Positions 33,162 to 43,123 of a stretch of DNA of 64,000 bases are shown piece by piece (position 1 is the first letter of the stretch; the number at the start of each line of letters is the position of its first letter). Origin of the DNA: an uncultured virus (IMG/VR IMGVR_UViG_3300043436_004224). Taxonomy: Duplodnaviria; Heunggongvirae; Uroviricota; Caudoviricetes. The position numbers were made by a program, and so were the translations under genes. A model generated the notes under the pieces. The model worked only from the letters and a program-made list of their open reading frames with translations. It was not told where the DNA came from and did not search any database. The stretch lies in IMG/VR virus record IMGVR_UViG_3300043436_004224. One strand, 5' to 3'.

Positions 33162-34151
33162 CTATGGAAGTCTTGACCAAGTTATTGGGCCGACAATCCC
33201 ATCGACAACCAACCCCTGAGACTGTTGAAACTCTTTGACTTTTCTTTCTGTAATTGGACCAAACTGACCGTCTGGCTTTATTCCAAAAACTCTTTGAAGG
33301 TAGGCAACATTCACTCCAGTTGAACCGCGCTTTAGTGCTCTACCTAATCTTGGTTTACTACTTGTCGGAGCTGGTGGAGTGGGGACTGGAATGGTAGGTG
33401 TGGTGGTTCCTAATCTTCCGTAAGTTATTGGGCCAACTATTCCATCAACCTTTAGTTCATTTGCTGATTGGAATGCTCTTACTGCTCTGTCAGTGATTGG
33501 ACCAAACTGACCGTCTACTGTAATACCAAGAACAGATTGAATATATCTAACAACTTCGCCAGTTGATCCTATTTTTAACGAGCCAGATAGGGCTGGTTTA
33601 CCAGAAGAATTAGCCGGTACTGGGGCTGTAGGTGCAACACCTGAAGCCCTGTTGTTGCACTCATTGACTATGTAGTCAAGCTGAGACATTATGAATGGTC
33701 CAGGACAAGCAGTTGATTTGTATTGTGAGTGCCATGCAATAAAAAACTCAGACTGAGCTACAGATGGTTGATTCTTAGCAAAGCCTCTACCTGCTCTAGG
33801 TGATTGACTTGCGTGAAAAACAATAACGTCAATAAGTGATTCTAGAGATTCAGAAGATATTGGCCAATCTCCTCCAGTAGAAGAGTTATCTATCTCAAAC
33901 GAAACAGCGTTTGGATCTGGGGCTCCACCAGTTGAGTGGGGTCTGCGTTCAGGGTTTACAATCCCTGTTACAGCTCCGCTTCTGGCGATGTGATATGTAG
34001 GGTGTGAGTTTCTAGTGTTGGCATTGGCTACATAAGATAGTCCGTTGGTGCCTGCAACGTGGTGAATTACTACACCATTTATTGGCTGTCCGTTACGACT
34101 GCCTCCGAAACCGTTGTCTTGTATCCCTGAGATTTTTGGGTACCACGTCAT
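33162..34151 (-). CDS. N-acetylmuramoyl-L-alanine amidase with two PG-binding domains (endolysin)
   Basis: VVIHH, SFEIDN, WH....TACPG; two DGQFGPIT...FQ....VDGIVGPIT repeats. Confidence 0.88.
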   Translation of the reverse strand: MTWYPKISGIQDNGFGGSRNGQPINGVVIHHVAGTNGLSYVANANTRNSHPTYHIARSGAVTGIVNPERRPHSTGGAPDPNAVSFEIDNSSTGGDWPISSESLESLIDVIVFHASQSPRAGRGFAKNQPSVAQSEFFIAWHSQYKSTACPGPFIMSQLDYIVNECNNRASGVAPTAPVPANSSGKPALSGSLKIGSTGEVVRYIQSVLGITVDGQFGPITDRAVRAFQSANELKVDGIVGPITYGRLGTTTPTIPVPTPPAPTSSKPRLGRALKRGSTGVNVAYLQRVFGIKPDGQFGPITERKVKEFQQSQGLVVDGIVGPITWSRLP

Positions 34152-34489
34152 ACTGTTCTCCTTAGTTTTCCATAATTATTTGGAATGTGTATTGTTACTG
34201 CTTTTCAGCATCAAGATATAGTATACAGGAAAGAGTTTTCACCCTTTTATTTATATAAGATTTAGCCTGTCTCGCGCAGCTTTACTGCAACGAACGTTCC
34301 TAAATCCTCGCTTGAAGGAGGAAACGTTATCTATGGTGCGTAGGTGTGGACGCTGGCTGTAGTAAAGATTGGCAGCATCTGACGCTTCCTTGCGAAGCTC
34401 GGGGGTGTCTGCTTGCGCGAAGTACACAAGGTACTGAAAAGCCCTGGCAATCAATCTCATAGAGAAAGTTTACCAGGGCCTAAAAGTTA

Positions 34490-34696
34490 CTACTTGGTCT
34501 TCTTTTTTGTTTCTTTTTCTTCCTTTTCATATCGGAAGAATGGGAATGTTACTACCCATAGGAGGAGGGTTAAAGCAATTAGGTTTCCTGTTAGGTCCTT
34601 AGCAGATCCTTCTAGTACTAGCCATGCAACGGCCATACCAAGAAGAGTCCACGACTGCTCGATTACGTCTTTTACTAGTGCTTTGATGAAATGCAT
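34490..34696 (-). CDS. Small two-TM membrane protein
   Basis: Hydrophobic segments, basic C-terminus. Confidence 0.6.
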   Translation of the reverse strand: MHFIKALVKDVIEQSWTLLGMAVAWLVLEGSAKDLTGNLIALTLLLWVVTFPFFRYEKEEKETKKKTK

Positions 34697-35104
34697 TTAC
34701 TTGCTTCCTTTTTCTCTTCTTTGTTTTAATAGCTCGAAGTCTTTTACTTTTGTTTCTCCCATGTAGTCCCACGCGTATCCTCCTGCAATTAGTGCAGTGT
34801 TGACGGATTCGCTTGAGCCATCTAGGAAAATCCAACCAAGGATGCGACCATACTTTTCAGTAGAGTCTGGCTTTTCGGTACGAATAACAATTTGGGTCGA
34901 AGACTTAAGTAGCTCAGCTAAGTGCTTCTTTACTTCTAGTCCTAAGACCTTTTCTGCCTTGTCGGTGGTGCGTGATTCTGGTGTATCTATTCCAGCTAAA
35001 CGAACTCGCTGGGTGTAGGAGATGTTGAAGCCTAGATCTAGATCGACGTCAATAGTGTCGCCGTCAACTACTCTTAGGACTTGCTTTACTCGGTATTCGT
35101 ACAT
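34697..35104 (-). CDS. Thermonuclease (SNase-like)
   Basis: VVDGDTIDV, RVRLAGIDTPE, EKYGRILG. Confidence 0.9.
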   Translation of the reverse strand: MYEYRVKQVLRVVDGDTIDVDLDLGFNISYTQRVRLAGIDTPESRTTDKAEKVLGLEVKKHLAELLKSSTQIVIRTEKPDSTEKYGRILGWIFLDGSSESVNTALIAGGYAWDYMGETKVKDFELLKQRREKGSK

Positions 35105-37093
35105 TTATGCTCCGCTTCTTATGTTTACGGTGGTTGCTATGCCGGCCATTGAAACGGCGGATAGGGCTATCTGGGTCACGATGACAGACGCGATTACTGT
35201 CTTTTCTGATTGCTCTCGGACCTGAGGGCTCATGTCAGCTCCTGCGTTTCCTAGGAAGTTAAGGGTTTCTAGGGCACCACCAAGGACGTCACCAAGAAGT
35301 GGGATGGCTGCTAGAGATTCGTCTAGAACAATGTCGTCTGCCTGGGCTGCCACAAATAGGGCCTCAAGAGCCTGCACGTACTCCTCGGAGCCCTGCTCGG
35401 CTGTTTCGAAGGTCTCAAGAGCTGCCTCAATAAGAGCCTCTACCTGGGCCTCTGAGAGGTCTGTAGGGACTATTTCTTCTAGGTCAATAGCCATAAGGAC
35501 TTCAGGGGTAATCTCCTCTGGCAAATCCTCTACAGAAGTGATAGTCTCTTCTTCAGAAGGAGTTGGTTCAGGTGAAGGTTCAGGTTCAGGTTCAGGTTCG
35601 ACAGGTTCTGGAGAAGGCTCTACAGGTTCTGTGGTTGGCTCTTCTGGTTCTACTGGTTCCTCTGGCTGTGGTGTGGTCGGTTCTTCTGGCTCTGGCTCCA
35701 GCGATGGTTCTGGTTCTGGGACTACTGGTGTGGTCGGCGGTACGGTTGGTTCGACGCTCGGTTCTGGGGATGGAGTCGGAATCGGCTCATAAGTAATTAG
35801 AAGGATTAGCACCTTAGGTGTTCCAGGGGCTGGATCATTCTGGAAAGTATCGTTTGATACTTCTACTGTTGCTGAAGTCTCTCCAGCTAATAGTTCAAAC
35901 AAAATAGAAGAGACGTCTTGTCCTCTAGTGCCATTGTTTGGATCTCCGTAGTATCCAGTAGCACTTGCAATTCTTTGACCTTCAGGGGCAACTATTTCTA
36001 CAAATGAATTTTCCCATGTAGTTGTTGCACCTTCTGGAACTGTAGGTGCAGGAGGTGGAGGAGACGCCACTACTGTCGAAGCAGTGTCTGAGTAAGAAGA
36101 ATAGATGGCAGCTGTGTCGTTATCAGAACGTATTCTGAATTGATAGGTCTGATCTAGTCCACCTGTAGTTGCAAACGAATCTCTAGGTATGATGATGCTG
36201 TTTGTAGTAGACGCAATTCCCCAACCAGTGACAAAGTTATCTGTCGACCAACTGACTGCGTAGCGCTCTACTGAAGTGCTGGTAGGTGTTGGAGCATCCC
36301 AGGTGAGCTGAACGGTTCCATCTTGAAGCTGGGTGGCAGTAACGTTTGTTGGAGCGTTAAGAGATGGTGCTGGCTCTGGAGTTGGTTCTGGGGTAGGTTC
36401 TGGAGTAGGAGGATTGAAAGGTGCCTCTTCAGTTGGCTCAGGAGCTAGAACTGGTGGCTCTTCTGCTTCTTCAATTCCGTAGGTTTCGAAGTCAACGATG
36501 CTTCCGTCGTTTAGACGCACTCCAGTTCGTGGATTGTTTTGTGGGTACTCTGGGCCACTTAGGGTGTAAGCCATTGCAACTGTGCCGTCTGAAAGAATGG
36601 CAGCAGTGATGATGATTCTTGTTGGTTCTGGTGTGCCCTGTAGCCAGATTGGTCTAGCTGAAATGTCTACTTGGAATCCACCATCTGATGAACGAATGAT
36701 GAGATGTTCATCTGCTCTGTTGTTTGGGTAGACGACCCAGTCGAAGGAGTAAAGGGAGATAGAAGGAGTAGACGGATAGGTCCAGTAAGTTCCGTCTGGA
36801 GCACCAAACGTAATTACTGAGTTAGTAGTTGCATAGATGTTGTTGTAGACAACTCCGTCAAAAGTCACAGTAGTTGTGAGGGGGATCTGGTACGAGACGT
36901 CGTCTCCACCACAGGTATTGATTTCGGTGATGACTGGTTCGGTTGAGGCATTCTGCTGGGCAGCAGCGACTGCAGCGACTTGTCCAGGGTTTACACAGTT
37001 AGCGTGTGCAAAATCTACTGCTAGGAAGACTGGAGCAAACGCTAGTAAAAAGGCTAGAAGGATTCTGCTTCTAGTTAGTTTAAATTTAGGCAT
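35105..37093 (-). CDS. Exported or membrane-anchored Fn3-domain, Pro/Glu-rich protein
   Basis: Signal peptide, APTNVTA...LTWDAP...YQFRIRS (Fn3), (EP)n linker, C-terminal hydrophobic segment. Confidence 0.75.
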   Translation of the reverse strand: MPKFKLTRSRILLAFLLAFAPVFLAVDFAHANCVNPGQVAAVAAAQQNASTEPVITEINTCGGDDVSYQIPLTTTVTFDGVVYNNIYATTNSVITFGAPDGTYWTYPSTPSISLYSFDWVVYPNNRADEHLIIRSSDGGFQVDISARPIWLQGTPEPTRIIITAAILSDGTVAMAYTLSGPEYPQNNPRTGVRLNDGSIVDFETYGIEEAEEPPVLAPEPTEEAPFNPPTPEPTPEPTPEPAPSLNAPTNVTATQLQDGTVQLTWDAPTPTSTSVERYAVSWSTDNFVTGWGIASTTNSIIIPRDSFATTGGLDQTYQFRIRSDNDTAAIYSSYSDTASTVVASPPPPAPTVPEGATTTWENSFVEIVAPEGQRIASATGYYGDPNNGTRGQDVSSILFELLAGETSATVEVSNDTFQNDPAPGTPKVLILLITYEPIPTPSPEPSVEPTVPPTTPVVPEPEPSLEPEPEEPTTPQPEEPVEPEEPTTEPVEPSPEPVEPEPEPEPSPEPTPSEEETITSVEDLPEEITPEVLMAIDLEEIVPTDLSEAQVEALIEAALETFETAEQGSEEYVQALEALFVAAQADDIVLDESLAAIPLLGDVLGGALETLNFLGNAGADMSPQVREQSEKTVIASVIVTQIALSAVSMAGIATTVNIRSGA

Positions 37094-37096
37094 ACT

Positions 37097-37381
37097 CTAC
37101 TTCTTGGCCTTAGCCTTAGTGGTGGAATTGCCGTCCTGATCGACGCCCTTAAGGGACATAGCAGGGGCAAAGGCAGCGTTGATTTCTGCGCGGGTAAGTT
37201 TGCCATCTTCTAAGAAGGCAACGGCTAGACGTTCAATAACTTTGGCAACTGCCAGGATTCCGCCCATAGCCATAGCTAGCCATAGGTCTACACCCATGAC
37301 AGCTCCAGCGCCAATGACACCTAGGGCAGATGCTACGAAGGTTGCTAGGATACGTAAAAATACGTTGAAAGTTGTGGACAT
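37097..37381 (-). CDS. Small membrane protein, holin-like; paralogue of 8778-9038
   Basis: GVDLW...DGKLT..EINAAFA. Confidence 0.55.
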   Translation of the reverse strand: MSTTFNVFLRILATFVASALGVIGAGAVMGVDLWLAMAMGGILAVAKVIERLAVAFLEDGKLTRAEINAAFAPAMSLKGVDQDGNSTTKAKAKK

Positions 37382-37521
37382 TTGGAGGCTCCTGATTGGA
37401 TGCCTCTCCCCAGAGTGTTACTACAATTTTAACAGAAAATTTTTTATATAAGATGGAATTATTAACTTGACAAACCGATTAATGTACTGTAATTTAAGAC
37501 TCAAGAACGAAAGGATTAGAA

Positions 37522-38031
37522 ATGGCACGAGGTAAAAACAAAGCCGTAGCTGAGCGAAGAAAAGCTGCTTTAGTAGAGATTGGATCTATTGATTCGCTAC
37601 GCCTTGAGATTAAAAACTTAAAAGAAGAATTAGAAAAAACTAAGCGCAATGCGGCGTTTAATGAAGGTCTAAAGTTAGACAACATCGTCGAGTTAAATAG
37701 AAGATTAAAAGAAAACACTTCTATTGAAGTTGAAGAGCTTAAAGCAACAGTTGATGACTTAAAGAAACAGCTAGGTGAATCAAGAAAAAAGGAGGACCAA
37801 TCCTCGAAGAGATGGTCAAAAGCAATTGACTATATGGTTGGCCACTTTGAAAAAGAACATAACATGCCACGCCATGAGGCAGCTGGGATGATGTTCCCTG
37901 CTACCGAAGAAGACTGGAGCGATGGGATTCCTGTAATTGCAGACACTGATTTAGTTAATAAAGCAAGAGCTGGGAAACTAACTGACGCACAGGTCAAACT
38001 ACTACAGAGAAAGCGTATGGGCTACCGATGA
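37522..38031 (+). CDS. Coiled-coil hypothetical protein
   Basis: TTGACA promoter at 37467, AAAGGA RBS. Confidence 0.65.
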   Translation: MARGKNKAVAERRKAALVEIGSIDSLRLEIKNLKEELEKTKRNAAFNEGLKLDNIVELNRRLKENTSIEVEELKATVDDLKKQLGESRKKEDQSSKRWSKAIDYMVGHFEKEHNMPRHEAAGMMFPATEEDWSDGIPVIADTDLVNKARAGKLTDAQVKLLQRKRMGYR

Positions 38032-38414
38032 AAATGCAGCATAGGGTTCCTATAAATAATATCTCTTACAACATGACTGGAAAGCTTGACCCTACCTATG
38101 AAGCTGAAGTCGAGCGCTCCACTAAAAAGTTGGAGAAAGAGTGGGAGAAGGCCCAGAAAAGATTAGAGTCTGCCAAGGCTGCTGCAGAAAGTGCTAGGCT
38201 CCGAGCTGCCTATGTCGAAGAACAAAAAGCTGAAAGATTAGAGCGCAAAACTGCTGAAAAAGAGTATAGACTAGCTTTATCGCTTTTGGCAGAGCGTGAA
38301 GAAGAACTGCGCGAGATAGAGATTATGATGACATCATCTCCCGCTGGTTCGCAAAATAGAGGCAATAAGTCATACAGACCGGTTCCTGTTAAGAGTCGGG
38401 GAAAGAAGAAGTAA
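38028..38414 (+). CDS. Coiled-coil hypothetical protein
   Basis: ATGA coupling. Confidence 0.6.
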   Translation: MKMQHRVPINNISYNMTGKLDPTYEAEVERSTKKLEKEWEKAQKRLESAKAAAESARLRAAYVEEQKAERLERKTAEKEYRLALSLLAEREEELREIEIMMTSSPAGSQNRGNKSYRPVPVKSRGKKK

Positions 38415-38416
38415 TA

Positions 38417-38584
38417 ATGGAAATCACATTCGTTTGGAGCTGGCTATCCTTTTGGATTGGCGTTGCTTCTGTATTCGTAAGCCTGTTTGCTATAGCTGTA
38501 GTAATGGCTGTAGCTAACGCTGGTAAAGCAAAGAAGAAGACTTCTGAGCTTATGGATATGCAGTGGGGCTCAAGCTTTAAGTAG
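38417..38584 (+). CDS. Small membrane protein (55 aa)
   Basis: Manual translation MEITFVWSWLSFWIGVASVFVSLFAIAVV... Confidence 0.55.
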   Translation: MEITFVWSWLSFWIGVASVFVSLFAIAVVMAVANAGKAKKKTSELMDMQWGSSFK

Positions 38585-38612
38585 TCATCCAATTGCTGGT
38601 AGAATAGGTGTC

Positions 38613-38762
38613 ATGGAGATACTTATCTGGCTGGGCGTATTAGCCTGGATCATTGGTGCTGTTGGTGCTTACTTTGTCGTATCTATTAAACTATCTAAAG
38701 AGATAAAAGAGATGACTCCTAGCCAACGTGTAGAGTTCTTTAAGACTCGTAGGCAGCGTTAG
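38613..38762 (+). CDS. Small membrane protein (49 aa), leaderless
   Basis: TAGAAT 7 nt before ATG; MEILIWLGVLAWIIGAVG... Confidence 0.55.
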   Translation: MEILIWLGVLAWIIGAVGAYFVVSIKLSKEIKEMTPSQRVEFFKTRRQR

Positions 38763-39342
38763 GCTCCGTACCAAAAAGCATTGCTATCCCGTATCGATGA
38801 CCGGATAGCACTTTACAGACTTCATGAATATGATCTGTGTCTCCCGGAAATAAGACAAGCATTCCAGCTTTAGGTTCAACTTTCATGTCTTGTTTGGGGA
38901 ATACTATCTCCCCTCCTGTAAAATCTTCCCCGTGATTGCATAAGTAGAGTAAGGCTGAATACTCTAAATGGTTAGCTCCGTCTGGAGCTCCTTCGAATGG
39001 GGATCCGTCTACGTTACATATGTCTGCATGGAGTCCGTTGCTAGCACCCTGATCCATCCTGACTAGCCCTGCTTCAAAAGCTGTGAGGTTGGCGTCAAAA
39101 ACTTTTTCTAATTTATCTTTGATTAAAAGTATGACGTCAGACACTAGCTTTGAGTTCTGGATATCTCCCTCTACATTGAATAAAGGGTAACCTTCTTTAG
39201 TTTCGTCTGGGTGTCTTACCCATAGGTTCCATAGCCAAACCGGCTTTACTGTTTCTTGATCGGGGGCTGGATCCGAGTAGCCATCAACGATACTCTGGGC
39301 AAGTTGAGGGGGTATAAAGTTCTTTATAATTTGGACGGTCAT
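38740..39342 (-). CDS. 2OG-Fe(II) oxygenase
   Basis: HAD...YLCN.GEDFTGGEI.F...HEV..V.SGHRY. Confidence 0.88.
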   Translation of the reverse strand: MTVQIIKNFIPPQLAQSIVDGYSDPAPDQETVKPVWLWNLWVRHPDETKEGYPLFNVEGDIQNSKLVSDVILLIKDKLEKVFDANLTAFEAGLVRMDQGASNGLHADICNVDGSPFEGAPDGANHLEYSALLYLCNHGEDFTGGEIVFPKQDMKVEPKAGMLVLFPGDTDHIHEVCKVLSGHRYGIAMLFGTEPNAAYES

Positions 39343-39356
39343 ATTTGAGCTAAGCT

Positions 39357-39608
39357 TTAGAGCTCTTCGTCTTCTCGAAACTCTAGCTCTTTTTCGTGAT
39401 CCGGTCCCCAGGCGTAATACTTAACGGTCTTGAGAAGGTCTAGGACTTCGTAGGTTAGGTTCTCTGTAGCCAAGAGAAGGTCTGCCTTGTGCTCAGGATC
39501 TATAGGTTCTTCGACCTCTGCGTGTACTTCCTGGACGGCATAAGCGCATAGTTGTAAGCGCCTTAGAGCTACGTCTATAGGCGTTGCTAGAGGATTTTGT
39601 CCTGCCAT
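39357..39608 (-). CDS. Hypothetical protein, leaderless
   Basis: TAAAAT 6 nt before ATG on minus strand. Confidence 0.6.
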   Translation of the reverse strand: MAGQNPLATPIDVALRRLQLCAYAVQEVHAEVEEPIDPEHKADLLLATENLTYEVLDLLKTVKYYAWGPDHEKELEFREDEEL

Positions 39609-39660
39609 GCTTATATTTTAAGGGATAGGCGGTTGGGGCATTGTGTGGTTGCCCCTTAGC

Positions 39661-39689
39661 TTGACATAATTAGTTTATTTAGCTATTAT
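39661..39689 (+). promoter_or_regulatory. Sigma70/SigA-type promoter for leaderless deacetylase gene
   Basis: TTGACA-N17-TATTAT, 7 nt before ATG 39697. Confidence 0.8.
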
Positions 39690-39696
39690 TACAGAT

Positions 39697-40650
39697 ATGA
39701 CAAAGCTATTAATCTCCTACAGCGACTCCTACCTTAACTGGAAACTAGGTAGCGGGAATGGGTCGCACCCTACTAATCCCGTGAGAGCTAAGCTGGCAGT
39801 CGAGTATCTAGAAGCCGAACTACCTGAAATTGGTGTGAGCTACGAGATTATTGAGCCTACCTTTAATGAAGAGGATAGAGATCGCCTGTTAGAAGTTCAC
39901 TCGGAACAGCACGTTTCTAGGGTCTTAGACACTGGAACTAGCGCTGAATGGTTTGGGGTTAGCAGAAGTAACGCTGAGACGGCTGGCTTAATGTTTGGTG
40001 GAACCGTAAGACTTGTAGAGCGAATTCTTTCTGGAGAGACTAGAGTTGCCTTTAACCCTCAGGGGGCGAAGCACCACGCTCATTACAATAAGTCCTCTGG
40101 CTTTTGCGTGTTTAACGACATGGCTTGGGCGGCCCTAGAGTTTAAGAAGGCTGGCCTAAAGGTGGCCTATATAGACTGGGATGTACATGCTGGAGATGGC
40201 GTACAGGCTTTATTGGCTGAGACAGACATTCCTACTTTTAGCATACATGGCCATGGAATCTTCCCTAATTTGCACTACACTTCTATAGCTGATGAGGAAG
40301 GTGACTATCTATATATGGACGAAGATAGCCACTGGTATAACTACAACCTAGAGCAGGGTGCCGGTGACGAGTCTTTTGCTTGGGCTATTGACGACACTGT
40401 TAAAAGGATTGAGGAGTACGCTCCTGATGTAATTCTTATAGCAATTGGAGCAGATGGTCATGAAGGTGAGCACTGGGGACTTAAATATACCCTAGATGGC
40501 TACATCTATGCCGCCGATAAAGTAGCTGAACTTGCTAATAAGTTTGGTTCGAAGGTTCTTATTGGTGGAGCTGGAGGCTATCAACCACTTACTTGGACTC
40601 CTAGAATCTGGGCTGAGGTAGTTAAGAGTATTGGCAGTAAGTTAGTTTAA
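39697..40650 (+). CDS. Histone-deacetylase-family (AcuC-like) Zn-dependent deacylase
   Basis: HPTNPVR, GAKHHA...SGFCVFND, IDWDVHAGDG, GADGH, GAGGY. Confidence 0.92.
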   Translation: MTKLLISYSDSYLNWKLGSGNGSHPTNPVRAKLAVEYLEAELPEIGVSYEIIEPTFNEEDRDRLLEVHSEQHVSRVLDTGTSAEWFGVSRSNAETAGLMFGGTVRLVERILSGETRVAFNPQGAKHHAHYNKSSGFCVFNDMAWAALEFKKAGLKVAYIDWDVHAGDGVQALLAETDIPTFSIHGHGIFPNLHYTSIADEEGDYLYMDEDSHWYNYNLEQGAGDESFAWAIDDTVKRIEEYAPDVILIAIGADGHEGEHWGLKYTLDGYIYAADKVAELANKFGSKVLIGGAGGYQPLTWTPRIWAEVVKSIGSKLV

Positions 40651-40764
40651 AAATAGGTTACTTGCGCTATCTTGCTCGACTGATATACTACGGAGAAACC
40701 CTGCCTACTGTAGATAAATACCTACTTGACGGATTAGAAGGATAGTATATAGTTAGGAAGGGGC

Positions 40765-40926
40765 TTATTCGCCTTCTTTACTGTCCTTGATGGCAGTATC
40801 TTTGTTATCTTTTCTGGATCCTTTTAGCTTCTTAGGGGTCTGAACTAGGTGCGGAGCCTTCAGCATAGACTGAAATAACGCTTGGCTTTCTGCCTTGCGT
40901 CTGGCTTCATTTGATCTGTCTAGCAT
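40765..40926 (-). CDS. Small basic protein (53 aa), leaderless
   Basis: TGCTATACT 6 nt before ATG; MLDRSNEARRKAESQALFQSMLKAPH... Confidence 0.55.
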   Translation of the reverse strand: MLDRSNEARRKAESQALFQSMLKAPHLVQTPKKLKGSRKDNKDTAIKDSKEGE

Positions 40927-41029
40927 GGTTCTAGTATAGCATAGTGGTCTCTGGGAAGTCTTGTTTAGATGGTAGTGTAGTCGAATGCTCTAGAAAAAAT
41001 TAGGGGACAAAATAGCCGATTAGTCCTCG

Positions 41030-41196
41030 TTTTTTGATAATACCTTTGGCCTAATCTTATTATAGTTTTTTAAGAAAGTCAAGATAATTTTTTGATAATA
41101 CCCCTCTAAAATATAACTTAACTACTTATTGAACTTATAAGACTACCCATGCGTAGGTGATCCTACGGGGCTTACCCTATTATAAGTCCAATAAGT
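41030..41196. repeat. AT-rich intergenic element with 15-bp direct repeat and 17-bp inverted repeat (origin-like)
   Basis: TTTTTTGATAATACC at 41030 and 41088; ACTTATTGAACTTATAA (41124) and TTATAAGTCCAATAAGT (41180) enclose CGTAGG-TGAT-CCTACG. Confidence 0.8.
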
Positions 41197-41509
41197 TAAT
41201 AAGTCTATAAGAGTGTTTTTTCTGTGCTAGACTACTTTTTAGAGAGTTTCGACTTGACATTTGGTTTTCGATTTCTTAAGGTAGAAGCAGGAGATGTGAT
41301 GATAGATAAAGACAATATTGAAGAACTTGGATACGAACTTGAGACCATCTTAGCAGACAGAAAAAAGGAAGTAATGACGGGTTTAGATATTCCAGCAGGT
41401 TGGTACCAAAACATTAAGGGTTCCCTATATCACTATGACGGTGTCGTTTGGGATGAAGTCCCCGACTGGGATATTAAACAACTAGAGTACTTAGGATAGG
41501 AGAAAGAAA

Positions 41510-41806
41510 ATGATTAAACCTTACGCAGGAAAACTTCGTGGAGTTAGGGTGATGCCTGACCCACTAGGGATACTACTCAACCCTTTCGAGGAGAACGGAT
41601 CCACTTTCGGATACGTCATAGTTCAGAATGAAGACTCCCCCGCTGTGTTCGATGGCTCTGAGTGGCATTCAATTCTGGAGGATTGGACCGACTGGGAAGC
41701 CAACAAAGGCGACATGTTCACCAGCCAACTGAGCAAGATATCAGAGTCAGTTGAGCTTGACCCAGCTTATGAAAGAATCTCTAGTCTATTCTCAGTCGGT
41801 GCCTAA
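41510..41806 (+). CDS. Hypothetical protein
   Basis: AGGAG RBS. Confidence 0.6.
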   Translation: MIKPYAGKLRGVRVMPDPLGILLNPFEENGSTFGYVIVQNEDSPAVFDGSEWHSILEDWTDWEANKGDMFTSQLSKISESVELDPAYERISSLFSVGA

Positions 41807-42396
41807 TGGCTTCCGAATTGGAAGAGAACATAGACTTTACTGTCGAGCCGATTAAGGAAGAAGCGGCTACTGTTCACGCTAATCCATTGGAGTTCTTTGG
41901 CTTTGATTCAGATGAGATTGACGAAGTCTTCAAAGAAAATGAGATAGAAGCTGTTATCCGTAGGGATAAGAGAGTCTGCTCATGTGGCCACCCAATCAAG
42001 AAACATGAAAACATAGAGCATGTCGGATGGCTCTGTAAGCCCGGGAGGCAGCAGTGTAGATGCTCCGAACCTTACGCAGTCATCTCTGTTTGGGATACCA
42101 GATACTTCATGAGAAAGAGCGTTGGCAATGGTGGGCGACACGCCCTAGCTCTAGGAATTAGAGCTTCCATGGATGCTGACCCAACTAAGAATGACCTTCT
42201 CCAATGGCTAATCCCAACAACCTGCCAAGCCTGCGGTACTGAGAATGTGAAGCTTTACCCTATGAACATGACAGATCAAGGAGTAATCAAAGAGGAGTCT
42301 GCCTACAAGACCAAGCTCCTTTGTGATGGCTGTGCTTACGGACAGGCCACTGTCTTGAGGGAGTTTCCAGCAAATAGGCCAGAGCTCAACCAATAG
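41806..42396 (+). CDS. Cys/His-rich (zinc-binding) hypothetical protein
   Basis: CSCGH...H...C....CRC, CQAC, CDGC. Confidence 0.7.
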   Translation: MASELEENIDFTVEPIKEEAATVHANPLEFFGFDSDEIDEVFKENEIEAVIRRDKRVCSCGHPIKKHENIEHVGWLCKPGRQQCRCSEPYAVISVWDTRYFMRKSVGNGGRHALALGIRASMDADPTKNDLLQWLIPTTCQACGTENVKLYPMNMTDQGVIKEESAYKTKLLCDGCAYGQATVLREFPANRPELNQ

Positions 42397-42442
42397 AAAA
42401 AAATGATACTATGAGGACTAACGAACATTTCAGGAGATAAAG

Positions 42443-42712
42443 ATGAAGTTTACATGGTGGGATCAGCTGGTCCTAAACCTGACCGGCAGACTCCCAAAGA
42501 AGACTCAGGAAGAAGTCGATGAACTTGTTCGGCTTAAGGAGTTTATAGCTAGAGCGACCGAGGCAGACCACAGAGCCAGACTCGCGGCAGAGGAAAAGAA
42601 AAAATCACCTAAGCCAAAAGGTAGTACATTAGATTTGGTGAAGGACAAGTCAGACTTGGCCCCATCAAAAAAGAAGGCAGACTCTACAAAGAAGAAGCCT
42701 TCAAAGGGTTAA
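42443..42712 (+). CDS. Hypothetical protein
   Basis: AGGAG RBS. Confidence 0.6.
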   Translation: MKFTWWDQLVLNLTGRLPKKTQEEVDELVRLKEFIARATEADHRARLAAEEKKKSPKPKGSTLDLVKDKSDLAPSKKKADSTKKKPSKG

Positions 42713-42868
42713 CCACTTTCCTTGGGAGAGGGGAGATGTGGTTGACTGTGCCCACAACTGAATATCGCTTAAACCCTAGCGGGATTTTAAGGAGCTAGAG
42801 TTTTGGCAAAAAGTAACCGTCCTGTCTGTTAGAGTGATAGGGCGGTTTACTTTTATCTGGAAAGACTT

Positions 42869-43123
42869 ATGGACTCTAAAGACTTATCAAAGATTGGGCC
42901 ACTCGCCGACGAGTTGGGCATCACTCCAAAAACTATCTACAACTGGATTAGCGACGGCCGCCTTGAGATAAAGAAGCCAGGGTTCGTTAGCAAGTCCGAA
43001 GCTTGGGAAGTATTCAACTTCATGCAAGAGAAGCGCGTTGAGATTTCTTACTTCATGTCTGCTTATGGTATCAACCGTGATGCTTATGGTCGATTCATTT
43101 CAGAGTCAGAGAAGTCGGCTTAA
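42869..43123 (+). CDS. Excisionase/MerR-like HTH DNA-binding protein
   Basis: LADELGITPKTIYNWISDGRL. Confidence 0.7.
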   Translation: MDSKDLSKIGPLADELGITPKTIYNWISDGRLEIKKPGFVSKSEAWEVFNFMQEKRVEISYFMSAYGINRDAYGRFISESEKSA

